DNA of 64,000 nt from Pristiophorus japonicus (Eukaryota), in assembly GCF_044704955.1 (NCBI RefSeq), contig NC_091989.1, positions 85,622,001-85,686,000 on the forward strand. Direction: 5' to 3'. Below, one piece after another: positions 36,531 through 50,142 of this stretch; position 1 is the first letter of the stretch; the number at the start of each line of letters is the position of its first letter. The notes below the pieces were generated by a model. The model did not search any database, was not told the origin of the DNA, and worked only from the letters and a program-made list of their open reading frames with translations. The position numbers were made by a program, and so were the translations under genes.

Positions 36531-37149
36531 ACAATGCTAAAATACTGGAAAAAAGACAAATATCAAAATGGAAAACTGTCAGTCTGTTAGTTATTCGATT
36601 TCAAATGTATATCTTATTGGATTAAAAGAAATGAAGCTCTGCCCAATGAAAAGAAGTGTATCAGAAATCTATTACTGACCTCTATGACGCATTGTCAAAC
36701 GAAAACAATGCATGAGGAATTAGAATTATGTCCCTGGCCAACTCAATAAAGGTAATTAAATTAGTGAGAGTGGAGTGCCGCATTGCTTGTGCGTTAATTA
36801 TGAAAATATTTACACTGTAGATTAGAAACTTTCTCAGCAGACCAATCTACACGTTTTATATTATTGCGTTACTTTCTGTAATTGTTCCCAATTATGGGGA
36901 CTATATTCGACAGAACAGAGCAGCTGCTGATACTTCAGAAAACATTTCAAGTAGCGTTGTTTCTTCCAGGGTTTTTACAATATTTTAGTGGATGTTACGG
37001 CGTATGAGCACAAGATGACCCCACCCCCAGAACTTTTGACTTTTTCAAATAACATCTGGTGTATACACTATACAGTGGCGATTTCTATGCTTTAAAATGA
37101 TGTTTCAAACATCCTATAGGTTGAGCGATTATAATCACAAAGCTTAAGG

Positions 37150-38900
37150 CGGCTGAATTTGTGGCATAATGTTATCTGGGGGGAGGGGAGGAGGGGCTGG
37201 TGGTGTTGTGTAGCCTAAGCAGATTACAGAGATAGGAAGGGCGAGGCCATGGAATTATTTGAAATGAAGGACTAACATTTTTTAATTGGAACATTAGTTA
37301 TCTGGCAGCCTGTGAAGGTCAGTGAGTACAGGGGTGCTGGTGAAAGCGAATTGGTGCAATTTGGGACTCCGGCTGCCTAAATTTTGATAACCTCAACTTT
37401 CCGTAGGGTAGAATGTGAGAGCCCAGCCACGAGTCAGTTGGAATAGGCAAGTCCAGAGGTAACAAAGCTATAGATGCGGGATTCAGCAGCAGAGAAGCTG
37501 AGGCAAGGGTGCAGATGGGAAATGGAAATACGGTGGTAGAAATAGGCACTCTTATTTATGACGCCGATATATGGTTGGAAGCTCATTTCAGATTCAATTA
37601 TGACACCAAGATTGTGTACAATCTTGTTGAGCCTCAGACAGACGATAGGAAAACGGATGGAGTCAGTGGCTAGGGCATGGATTTGTGGCAAGGTCCGAAG
37701 ATAATGGCATCGGTCTTCTCAATATTTGATTGTAGAAAATTTATGTTCTTCCAGTACGGGATGTTAAATCATCACTGTGTCAATTAGGAACAATTGAGGG
37801 TTCGAACGAAGTACTGGTGAGGTAGATTAGGGTGTCAGCAGCATACATCTGGGAACCGCCGCTGTGTTATTATATGATGACGCTAAGGGCGAGCATATAG
37901 ATGAGCAATAGGAGGGGGCCAAGAATAGATTGTTGGAGGGACACAAGAGGCAACGATACCAGATTGGGAAGAGAAGACATTGCATTTGATTTTCTGGCAA
38001 TGATTAGAAAGATAAGAATATAATCAGACGAGTGCATTTCCAGCCAGCAGGTGGATAGCGGACAAGTGTTGGAGGAGGATGCGATGTCAAAAGCTGCAGA
38101 CATGTCTAGAAGGACGAGAAGAGATAGTTTACCTTTGTCGCAGTCACAAGGGATATTATTTATTACATTGATGAGAGCCGTTTCATTGCTGTGGCAGGGG
38201 TGGATACCGGATTGAAACATGGAGTTCCTGGAAATATGAGCAAGAATTATGGAGGCAACAGCACATTCAAATATTTGGAGAGTCCAGGGAGGTTGGAGAT
38301 GGGGTAGCAGTTTCCAAGTACTGAGGGGTCAAGATTATTTTTTTGAGGCAAGGGATGATGATGGCTGATTTGAAGGACAGGATTACAGTACCAGAGGAGA
38401 GCAAACTTTTAAAACTGTTAAAAATGGGAGACAGAAAAGGACGTTGGGTATTCAGTAGTTTAGTGGGAAAAGTGCGGAGGGAGCAGTAAGCTGCTATCAT
38501 GGAGAAGATGAACGTGTAGAGGTCAGGAATGGAGAGCAACATGGAGAAATATGTCAGGTCAGGGCTAGGGCAGCGGTGAACCTCAGAGGAAGTCTGGCCC
38601 GATGCGCTTGGGGAAAGTTGGGAATAATCAGCGGCAGATGACAGACTCAATCTTAGGGACAAGGAAGTCCATGAGTTCCTCGCAATTATTGTTGGACATG
38701 AGTGCGGAGGAGACAGGGAGAGCAGTATAAGAACTTTGTTTTCAGTAGAAAATTGTACCTGGGGCTTATCTTTGCTTTTCAGAATGCCCGTGGAATAGCA
38801 AAAAGAAAAAGGTTTGTCAGTCAACAGTAAGTCATGACATTTTTTACGTGCTCCAGCCAGATCTGATGGTGAATGGCTAAACCAGTTGTCCAACAGTTGT
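37150..38900 (-). mobile_element. L2-clade LINE RT fragment
   Basis: FQSGIHPCHSNETAL...DKGKLSLLVLLDMSAAFD, SILGPLL and NLGVIIESEMSF match L2 RT motifs. Confidence 0.85.
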
Positions 38901-38977
38901 TCAAGTCTGAATCTCAATGTCGAAATCCAGACATAGCGGGTTTAGTTTTATTTTGTTTAAGACTGATATAGTGCGTA

Positions 38978-39276
38978 AACATATGAGAAAATAAAAGCAT
39001 AAGAACTTAACAAATAGGAGAAGGAGTAGGCACTACGGCCCCTCGAACCTATTCAACCCTTCAATAAGATTGTGGCTGACCTTCCACCTCAACACATTCC
39101 TGTCCGATCTCCATATTCCTTGATTCCCCTAGACTCCAACATTCTATCTATCTCAGCCATTAATATATTCAGAAACTCAGCGTCCACAGCCATCTGGGAC
39201 AGATAATTCCAAAGATTCACAACCCTCTGAGAGAACAAATTCCTCCTCATTTCAGTCTTAAATGACCTACCCTTAC
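38978..39276 (-). mobile_element. CR1 3' end
   Basis: Reversed tail and 3' UTR similar to the other CR1 copies. Confidence 0.75.
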
Positions 39277-40938
39277 CAAAGGACTGTAGCGAGAAGGGCG
39301 AACTGAGGGAACTCCTTATTAGTCAGGAAAAAGTGTTGAAATTGAAGGGACTGAAGGCCGATAAATACCCAGGACCTGATAGTCAGTATCCCAGAATAAT
39401 TAGGGAAGTGGCCCTAGAATTAGTAGATGCATTGGTGGTCATTTAACAACATTTTTTGGACTCTGGATCAGTGCTTATGGATTGGAGGTTACCTAATGTA
39501 ACCGCACTTTTAAAAAAATGGAGGAATAAAGAAAACAGGGAATTGAAGACCGGTTAGCCTGACATCAGTAGGGGGGGGGGGGGAAATATTGGAATCAATT
39601 ATTAAAGATGAAATAGCAACGCATTTAGAAAGGAGTGACAGGATCGGTCCAAATCAGCATGGATTTATGAAAGGGAAATCATGCTTGACTAATCTTCTGG
39701 AATTTTTTGAGGATGTAACTAGTAGAGTGGACAGGGAAGAACCGGTGGATGTGGTGTATTTGGACTTTCAAAAGGCTTTTGACAAGGTCCCACACTAGAG
39801 ATTGGTGTGCAAAATTAAAGCACATGGTATTGGGGGAATGTATTAATGTGGATCGAGAACTGGTTGCAGACAGGAAGCAGAGCATCGAGATAAACGGGTC
39901 ATTTTCAGAATGGCATGCACTGAATAGTGCGTTGCCGCAGGGCTCAGTGCTGGGACCACTGCTAAGCTATTTACAATATACATCAATGAATTAGAGAAGT
40001 AATTGAGTGTAATATCTCCAAATTTGCAGAAGACACTAAGCTGGGTGGCAGTGTGAGCTGTGAGGATGAAGCTAAGAGGCTGTAGGCTGACTTGGACAGG
40101 TTAGTTGAATGGACAAATGCATGGCAGACGTAGTATAATGTGGATACATGTGAGGTTATCAACTTTGGTGGCAAAAACACGAAGGTTGAATATTATCTGA
40201 ATGGCGGAAGATTTGGAAAAGGGGAGGTGCAGCGAGACTTGAGTTTCATGGTACATCAGTCATTGAAAGTTGGCATGCAGGTACAGCAGGCAGTGAAGCA
40301 GGCAAATGGCACGTTGGCCTTCATAGCTAGGTTATTTGAGTGTAGGAGCATGGAATTCTTACTACAGTTGTACACGGCCTTTGTGAGGCCTCACCTGGAA
40401 TATTGTGTTCAGTTTTGGTGTCCTAATCTGAGGAAGCACGTTCTTGCTATTGAGGGAGTACAGCGAAGGTTCAGCATACTGATTCCAGGGATGGCACGAC
40501 TGACATATGAGAAGAGACTGGATCGACTGGGCCAGTTATCCCTGGAACTTAGATGGATGATAAGGGATCTCAAGAAACAAACAAAATTCTGACGGGACTG
40601 GACAGGTTCGATGTAGGAAGAATGTTCCCGATGTTGGGGAATTCAGAACCAAGGGACACAGCATAAAGATAAGGGGTAAACCATTTAGGACCGAAATGAG
40701 GATAAACTTCTTCACTAAGAGAGGTGTGGAACCTCTAGAAAGTTGTTGATGCCAGTCCGTTGGTTATATTCAAGAGCGAGTTAGATATCGCCCTTACGGC
40801 TAAAGGGATCCTGGAGAGAAAGCAGGAAAAGGGTACTGAGGTGATGATCGGCCATGATCTTATTGAATGGCAGTGCAGGCTCGAAGGGCCGAGTAGCCTA
40901 CTCCTGCACCTATTTTCTATGTTTCTATATTTCTATGT
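39277..40938 (+). mobile_element. 5'-truncated CR1
   Basis: QHGF, YLDFQKAFDKV and RPHLEYCVQFW motifs; TTCTATGT tail. Confidence 0.9.
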
Positions 40939-40944
40939 TAATAA

Positions 40945-43710
40945 TACATTTGTCAAAACACAATTTCACTTCCATAAATCCATGTTGACTCCACCTAATC
41001 ATGTTATGATTAAATAAATGCACTGATCACACTTCATTCACAATGTATTCCAGCATTTTCCCGACGACTGATGTCAGGCTAACAGGCCTATATTTTCCTG
41101 TCATCTTATCTCCCTCCATTCCTGAAATGCTGTCTTACATTTGCTACATTCCAATCCGCTGGGATCGTTCTAGAAGCTAGGGAATTTTGAAAGATCAAAA
41201 CCAATGCATCTACGATCTCTGCAGCCATCTCTTTTGGAACCCTATGATGTAAGCCCTCAGGTCCAGGGGATTTGTTGGCTTTTCGTCTCATTAATTTATC
41301 TAGTACCTTTCTCTATTTATATATATATTTCATTGCATTCCTCACCCTCATTAAGCCCTTGGTTAAGTTCCATTTTAAGCATGCTTTTTGTGTCTTCTAC
41401 GTGAAGACAGATACACTCTATTAAGTTAACTTTTCAGCGATTTCCTTGTTCCCCATGATAATTTCTCCTTACTCAATCTCTAAGGGACCAATGTTTACTT
41501 TTGCTACTCTCTTCCTTTCTACATACTTGTGGAAACACGTACAATTTATTTTTCCATTTCTTGCTAGTTTTTTCTCAGTCTAATTTTTCCCTTGTTTATC
41601 AATGTTTTGCTCATCCTTTATTAGTTTCTAAAACTCTCCCAATCCTCAGGCTCCCTTCTATTATTATCGACATTATCAACTTCTTTCAATCTAATGCTAT
41701 CCTTTACTTCTTCAATTAGCCACGAAAGGATCACATTTCCTGTGGAGTTTTTGTTTCTCAATGGAATGTATTTTTATTGAGAATTATGAATTGCTTCTTT
41801 GCTAGGCACTGCTTATCCACTCATATACCTTTAAACTATTTTCCCAATCCACCTTAGCGAACCTTCCCTTCATACCTATGTAATTGACTGTATTTAAGTT
41901 TAAGGTTCTATTTTCTGATTGAAGCAAGTCACTCTCAAACGTAACGTGAAAGTCTTACATAGTATGGTCACTCTGCCACAGAGGAACAATGAAGTTGCTA
42001 ATTAACCCAATAAGATATCTAAACAGCCTATTCCATGGCACATTGTTGCAGGAAACTGTTCCGAATGCATTTCCTGAACTCATCATCCAGACTCCCTTTA
42101 CCAATTCCATTTAACATCTCCATGTGAAGATTAATGCCCCCGCCACCCACCCCCCCCCATTATTGCATTAGGTTTGTTACAAGCTTCTATTTCTTTATTA
42201 ACATTTTGTCCAACGGTGTCGCGGCTGTTAGGGGGCCTATATACTACTCCCACAAATGCTTTCTGCTCCTTGTTTTTCCTTATCTACACACATAACGATT
42301 CTACTTTCGGATCTTCCTAGCCAATACCCTTTCTCCCAACTGTCCTATGTCATCCTTTATTGATCCGGGCTAGTCCTACTGCTTTACCGTTCAGCCTGTC
42401 GTTTTTAAACAGCAAGTTCAATGGATGATTTAGTTCCCGACCCTGATCAACTTGTAATCTTGTAACCACGTCTCTGCATAGCAATTACGTCAAACCCATT
42501 TATCGCTCTTTGTGGCACTATTTCATCTATCTTCTTACGTGTGCTCTGTGCCTTCAGATAAAAAGGCTATATAGTTTTTACCATTATTCCATGCGTTGAC
42601 CTTATTCTCTGCTGCACTGCTACCATTTACCACTCTTGCCCTTCCTGTCACACGCTGCTTATGTTTACCCAAATGGCTACACTGCTCTATTGCATTGACC
42701 TTTCTCTTGAGATATCAAAATATCCGCTCACCTGATACCACACCCCGCACCCCGCCTCCACTCCAAGCATTTTTTTTAGCTTACATCCCTTTCTACAGTC
42801 CTAGTTATTCGATTCAGCAGGACGCTGATCCCTGCCCCATTTAAGTGGAGCCTGTCCCGATACAACATCCGTTTTTCCACAGCAGTGGAGCCACTGCTTC
42901 ATTGATTGAACCCTTTCCTCCAACACAACTTTCTGAGCCTCGCTGATCTGCTTGATCTTACGGCAATTTGCGAGTGGTTCAGGTACTAATCCAGAGATTA
43001 TTACACTGAAAGTTCTGCTTATTAATTTAGACACTAGCTCCTCAAACACCGTCAGCAGAACTTACTTTTTATAGCTACCTATGTCGTTGGCTCCTACAAG
43101 GACAACGACACATGGATCCTCCCCCACCACTCCAAATTTTTCTCCAGCTGTGAGGCAGTATACTTAAATCTGGAATCTGGCATGTAGAGAAACCTCCGTA
43201 ACTCACTGTTGTGGCGGCAGAGAACAGTATCTATCCCTCTGATTATACTGTCCACTACCACTACCACATTACTTCCTTCTCCCCACAATTTGCATTGCCC
43301 CCTTTGCCACAGTGCTGAGATCAGTTTGCACGTCTACCCTGCAGTCCTTTTGCTCATCCATACAGGGAACAAGTAAGTCTAGTATTCGACAGAGTCAAGT
43401 GCTGAGGCACCTCCATCCTGGGTCCCCATACCTTCGTGACTCGCAGTCGCAAACTCCTGCCCCTGACCACTGATTAACTCTAAAGTGCTATTTAGTATTA
43501 AGCGTGAGACTGCCCGCTGGAGCAAAGTGTCCAGGGAACTTTTTCCGTCCATGATGTAATGCAATGTCTGCAGCTCGTACTGCAGCTCAACAGCTATGAG
43601 CCAAAGTTCCTCAAGTTGCAGACTTTTGCGGCAGATATAGTTGCTCGGGATCGTGCTGCTCTCCGCCAACTCCTAAATGCTGCAGTTATGGCATAACACC
43701 TGTCCTGTCT
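40945..43710 (-). mobile_element. Old CR1 5' half (ORF1, APE, linker)
   Basis: YICRK..LEEL, VVDSIIRGID and ISGLVPEP (ORF1); KSPGPEGLH and WNVANV (ORF2). Confidence 0.8.
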
Positions 43711-43829
43711 TATTGTAGTTGTTACGAATAATAATAACTTTTAGTTATTATTTAGTTAAGGTTTCCTGAGCTTGAGGATGATTGATGACACTCAGTCTAG
43801 GCAAAACAACCACTCAGCATCTACGCTGT

Positions 43830-46800
43830 AAATCGTCTCAGAATCTTGTATGATTCAGAGATCACTTCTCATTCTTCTAAACTCCAGAGAGTACCAGCCC
43901 ATTCTACATAATCGCTCACCATAAGACATCGCTCTCATCCCAGGAATCAATCGAGTTAGCCTCCATTATACCGCCTCCATGGCAAGTATATCCTTCCTTA
44001 CATATGGAGACCAAACTATGCACAGCATTCCAGATGTGGTCTCACCAAGACCCTGTACAATTGTAGCAAGAGTTCCTTACTCTTATACTCCAACCCTTTG
44101 CAATAGAAAAATAGAAACATAAAGAAAAGATACAGGAGTAGGACATTCGGCCCTTCAAGGCTGCACCACCATTCAAGAAGATCATGTCTGATCATTCACC
44201 TTAGAACCCCTTTCCTGCTTTCTTTCCATACCCCTTGATCGCTTTAGCCATCATGGCCATATCTAACTCGTTCCTGAATATATATAACAAACCGGCATCA
44301 ACAACTCTCTGCGGTAGAGAATTCCACAGGTTAGCAACTCTCTGAGTGAAGAAGTTTCTCCTCATCTCGGTAATAAATGGCTTACCCGTTATCCTTAGAA
44401 TGTGACCCCTGGTTCTGGACTTGCCCAACATCGGGAACATTCTTGCTGCATCTAACCCGCCCTGTCGTGTCAGAATTTTATATGTTTCTATGAGATCCCC
44501 TCTCATTCTTCTCAACTCCAGTGAATATAAGTCCACTCGATCCAGTCTCTCCTGATAAGTCAGTCCCACCATCCCGGGCATAAGTCTGGTGAACCTTCCC
44601 TGCACTCCCTCAATAGCAAGAACGTCCTGCCTCAGGTTAGGAGACCAAAACTGAACACAATATTCCAGGTGAGGCCTCACCAAGGCCCTGTTCAACTGTA
44701 TTAAGACAACACTGCTCCGATACTCAAATCCCCTAGCTATGAAGGCCAACATGCCATTTGCCTTCTTCACTGCATGCCAAATTTCAATGACTGATGTACC
44801 ATGACAACCTGGTCTCGTTGCACCTCCCCTTTTCCTAATCTGCCGCCATTCAGATAATATTCTGCCTTCATGTTTTTGCCACCAAAGTGGATAACCTCGC
44901 ATTTACCCACATTATACAGGATCTGCCATGCATTTGCCCACTCAGCTAACCTGTACAAGTCACCCTGCAGCCTCTTAGCATCCTCCTCACAGCTCACACT
45001 GCAACCTAGCTTAGTGTCATCTGCAAACTTGGAGATATTACACTCAATTCCCTCATCCAAAATATTGATGTATATTGTAAATATCTGGGGTACAAGCACT
45101 GAGCCCTGCGGCCCCCACTAATCACTGCCTGCCATTCTGAGAAGGACCCGTTTGTCCCTACTCTCTGCTTCCTGTCTGCCAACCAGTTCTCTATCCTCGT
45201 CAATACATTATCCAAAATACTATGTGCCTTATTTTTGCACACTAATCTCTTGTGTTTGACCTTGTCAAAAGCCTTTTGAAAGTCCAAATACACCACATCC
45301 ACTGGTCCTCCCTCGTCCACTCTACTAGTTACATCCTCAAAAAATTCTAGAAAATTTGTCAAACTTGATTTCCCTTTCATATATCCATGCTGACTTGGAC
45401 CAATCTTGTCACTGGTTTCCAAATGCGCTGCTATTTGATCTTTAATCATTGATTCAAACATTTTCCCCACTACTGATGCCAGGCTAACTGCTCTATAATT
45501 GCCCGTTTTCGCTCTCCTTCCTTTTTTAAAAAGTGGTATTACATTAACAACCCTCCATGCCATAGCAACTGATCCAGAATCAAAAGACTATTGGAAAATG
45601 ATCATCAATGCATCCACTGTTTCTAGGGCCACTTCCGCAAGTATTATGGGATACAGGCTATCAGGCCTTCAATCTCAAAAAATACATCATGCCATTTGCC
45701 CTTATTTTTGCTTGCTGTACTTGCATGCTAGCTTTCTGAATTTCTTGTATAGGGACACCCAAATCTTTCTGAACATCAACATTTAAAAGTTTCTCATCAT
45801 TTAAAAAATATTCTGTTTTTCTATTCTTCCTACCAAAGTGAATAACTTCACAATTCCCTACATTATACTCCATCTCACACCTTACTGTCCACTGACTTAG
45901 TCTATCTATATCCCTTTGCAGACACCTTGTGTACTCCTCAAAGCTTACTGTCCAACCTAGCATTGTATCATCAGCAAACATGGATATATTACAAACGGTC
46001 CCTCCATCTCGTTCATTAATATAGATTATAAGTAGCTGAGGCCCAAGCACCGATCCTTGCGGTACCTCACTAGTTACAGTCTGCCAACCTGAAAAATATT
46101 TGTTTATCATTACTCGCTGTTTTCTGTCCGTTATCCGATCCTCTATCCAAACTAATCAATTACTTCCAATCCCATGATCCCTTATCTAATGTAGTAACCT
46201 TTTATATGGCAGTTTATCGAATGTCTTTTGGAAATTCAAATATACTACATCCAATGATTCCACTTTATCTACCCTGTTAGTTACACCCTCAAACAGCTGT
46301 AAGAGATTTGTCAATCAAGATTTCGCTTTCAGAAAACTATGTTGACTCTGCGTTATCATGTTATGTTTTTTTAAGTGCCTTGAAAATACTTCTTAACAAT
46401 AGATTCCAGCATTTTCCCAATAATTGTTACCAGGTTGATGGGCCTGTAGTTCCCAGTTTTCTCGCTCACTACGTTCTTCAATAGGTGTGTTACATTTGCT
46501 ACCTTCCAATCCACTGGGACCGTTCTAGAATCAAGGGAATTTTGAAAGATCAAAACCAACACATCCACTATCTCTGCAGTCACCTCTTTTAGAACCCTTG
46601 GATGTAGGCCATCAGGTCCAGCGGATTTGTCGGCTTTTAATCCGATTAGTTTCTCTAACTCTTTTTTCCTACTTATATTAATTACATTCATTTCCTCACC
46701 CTCATTAAACCTTGATTCCCACAATTTTTGGTAGGCTTTTTTGGAAGGCAGATACAAAATATTTGCTCAACATTTCTGCCATTTCCTTATTCCCCATAAT

Positions 46801-47095
46801 AATTTCTCCTGCCTCAGACTCTAAGGTACCAATATTTACTTTTGCTACTCTCTTCCTTTGTAAATACTTGTAGAAGCTCTGACAACCTGTTTTTATAATT
46901 CTTGCAAGTTTTCTTTCATAGTCTATTTTTTTCCGTTTTATCAATTTTCTCGTCATCCTTTGCTGGTTTCTCAAACTCTCCTAATCCTCGGGCGTAGTGC
47001 TATTCTTAACAACACTATACGCTTCTTCTTTCAATCTAATGCTGTCCTTAACGTCTTTAGTTAGCCCCGGATGGACCACTTTTCCAGAGGAGTTT
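43830..47095 (-). mobile_element. Host CR1 (~43830-44105 plus ~45680-47095) split by a nested CR1
   Basis: The host breaks at ...AACCCTTTGCAATA and resumes at ...ATGCCATTTGCC, which are adjacent in intact copies. Confidence 0.75.
44106..45675 (-). mobile_element. Nested 5'-truncated CR1
   Basis: ORFs 45006-45563, 44767-45099 and 44201-44902; reversed tail at ~44106-44125. Confidence 0.9.
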
Positions 47096-47109
47096 CAGAA
47101 AAGGAACCT

Positions 47110-49465
47110 TTAATTTAATTGTTTCACAATTATTCCCTACTTTTACCTTATTCTCTGCTGCACTGCTCTCTGTCCCTTCCTGTTACACTCTGCTTATTTT
47201 TACCCAAAGCGCTACACTGGTCTATTGCATTTGGCATTTCGCTTTAGATATCTAAATTCCGCCCCCCTCCTCCCATTTTTTTTATTTTAAAGCCCTATCT
47301 ACAGCCATAATTATTCAGTTCGCCAGGACTCTGGTCCCAGCCCAGTATAAGTGAAGCCCGTCAGGACGAAATAGCTCCCCCTTTCCCCAGTACTGGTGCC
47401 AGTGCTCCATAAATTGAAAACCCTTCCTCGCACACCGGTCTTTGAGCCAAGCATTTAACTATATGATCTATTTGAACCTATGACAATTTGCTCGTGGGTC
47501 ACGTCTTAATCCAGAGATTATCCCCCTTGAGGTTCTGATTATTAATTTATACTCTAGCTCCTCAAACTCCCTCAAAGCCGTTGATTCTTATCTCTATCTA
47601 TTTCGTTGTTTCCTACATGGACCACGACAACTGGATCCTCCCACTTTATGTTTCAATGCAGCCAACATTTTCTCGACAACTGATGGCAAGCTACCTGGCC
47701 TGTAGTTCCACGTTTCTCTCCCCGTCCTTTCTTGATTAAGAGGATTTCATTTTCCACCTTCTAATCCACTGCGATCATTCTACAATCTAGGGAAATCTAG
47801 ACGTTCATAAACAATGCATCAACTGTGCAGCCATCTCTTTTAGAAAACCGAGGATGGAAGCAATCTGTTTCAAGGGATTTGTCAGCTTTTAGATCCATTT
47901 TATACTCAACAAATTTTTATCCACTCATTTTAATTTGTCTAAATTCCAGAATCTTATTAGCCCGTTGGCTTCCCACTCTTGGTATGGTTTTTGTATTTCC
48001 TACTGTGAAGACAGATATAGAATATGAGTTTCAAATCTCTGCCATTTGCTTAACCCACATTATAATTTCACTTGTCTCAGCCTCTAATAGGCTAATGTTT
48101 ACTTTTGCTACTCTCTTCCTTTTTTACATACTTTTAAATGAACTCACAATCTGTTTTAATATTTATTGCTTGCAAACTCTGATATTTTACTACCTTCGTT
48201 TGCTGGTTTCTACTGTTCTCCCAATCCTCAGGATAACGACTATTATTCACAGCATTTTAAGTCTCTTATTTTAATCTAATACAGTCGTTAACTTCATCAG
48301 TTGCCATGGATGGCTCACTTTTCCCATGGAGTTATTACTTCCTAATTAATGTATACTCGCTGAGAATTTCGCTGAAAAGTTTGCCACTGCTTATCTACCG
48401 TCATATCTTTCCCACATAACTGCTATATAAATGCAACTCTTTCAAGTATTTCATTCATTTTCAAACTAATTTTCCCATCGACCTTAGCCAACTCGCCTCG
48501 CATTACTATGTAATTGGCTTCATTTAAGTTTAAGACTCTCGCACTTAAGTATTTCACTCGCATACGGCACATCTGGAATATTATGATCATTCTTCCCCAG
48601 GGAATCATTTATTATTAGATTACCATTTAACCCTGTCTCACTACACAATATAAGATCATAAATAACATGATCCGTGGTTGGTTATATCATGCATTGTTCG
48701 AGAAAACTGTCTCCGATGAATACTTAGAACACGTACTCCAGACTAGCTTTGCCAATTTGATTTTCGTGACCAATTTCCCCTCTACCTGCACGCCTTTAAG
48801 CTGCAGGTTGATCACCTCCTGAAACGTGCTATCCAAGTAGCTCTCAGCATTGCAGATGCACCGCATTGACTCCAGCCGCTGGTCAAGCTACGAAATGCGG
48901 AGCTCGAGCAGTTGAAGCTGGAGACACCTCTTGCATACATGGTTGGCTATGCTGCGCAAAGTGTCCATGACTTCAGACATGCCTCAGTATGTGCACCCCA
49001 CTAGTTAGCCTTATGTAGTTTAAAATCTACTTAAAAATAAATAGATAAAAGAGAGCTACTTACCAACGCACCTCGGCGACCACTGTGGCCTCCCGAACTC
49101 ACCAACCTCTGTTGCCTCCCGATCCCTTGGCCTCCGACCTATTAAAGAGAAATAGGGAAAAGAGAGCTACTTACCAACTCACCTCACCGACATGCGACGC
49201 CTCCGAACTCCCAGCCACCGAACTCCAGCCTCACCAACCTCACAGGGCCTACCGACTCACTGACCTCACGGCCTACCGACTCGTTGACCTCCCGACTTAG
49301 TCACCGACCTCCCGTCTCACTGAGTCGCCGAATCTCCCACTCTCCCGCTCTCGGACACTTTCGGACTCTCCCGCTCTCGGACTGACTCAGACTCTCCTGC
49401 TCTCGGAGTCTTCCCGAACTCGACCTCTCCAGAATTCGGACTCTCCGGCTCACAGACTCTCAGTG
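47110..49465 (-). mobile_element. Rearranged CR1 fragments, including the ORF1 N-terminus and a repeat-rich 5' UTR
   Basis: ORF1-like segments at ~47300-47640 and ~48780-49010; ORF2 pieces at 47650-48770; short tandem repeats AAAGAGAGCTACTTACCAAC (x2) and ACTCTCCCGCTCTCGG. Confidence 0.65.
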
Positions 49466-50142
49466 TGAAAGAAAGGGCATATAAAGCGATAGCACCATGG
49501 ATGACAGAAGTGATAGCAGTTAACATGAAAAAGAACATGGAGGCATAGGACAAGACTTATAATACAGTAGATAACTAAGCAGAATATCGAAACTACAGAG
49601 GAGATCTAAAGAAGTGAAGTGCAAATCGCCAATATGGGAATAGTTTCTCGGCTAACAAAAAAAGGACCTGAAAAGTTTTTTTTCTAAACGTGTCAATGGT
49701 AAAATGTATTCAAATGATGGGTGGCACCGATTAGGGAGCAAAAACAAAATATTCTTGTGGAGAGAAAGGGCATATTTGAGGTAGTAAATTAATTCTTTGG
49801 AATTGAATTCTCTAGAGGATAGGGTACTGCCAAAGTAGCAGTAATGGAGGACTCAGTGTGGTTATTCGATACAATTAAAGTGAATAAACATGATGAACTT
49901 CAAATGTTGGAGACCTCAAATTAGAAGAGTCAGTGGTTCCTCAGGGAAGTAATGCTGGAAAATGTGAAGCCTTTGGATGCATTCTTCCAATCCTCCATGG
50001 TCACCGTGGGTGGGGCGGGGGGCCGTGATGCTACAGGACTGGAGCTTTGCAAAAGTGCAGCAGGATTAACTGGACATCTACAGCACATGCAAGCCTCACT
50101 TCAGTGTTAGGGACAATTTGGGGGAAAATGTTGCACAATTTT

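Noticed and set aside
36650-36715. EVYQKSITDLYDAL, resembling an ITAM end
   Set aside because: Tyr spacing is wrong, a stop lies immediately upstream, and there is no acceptor.
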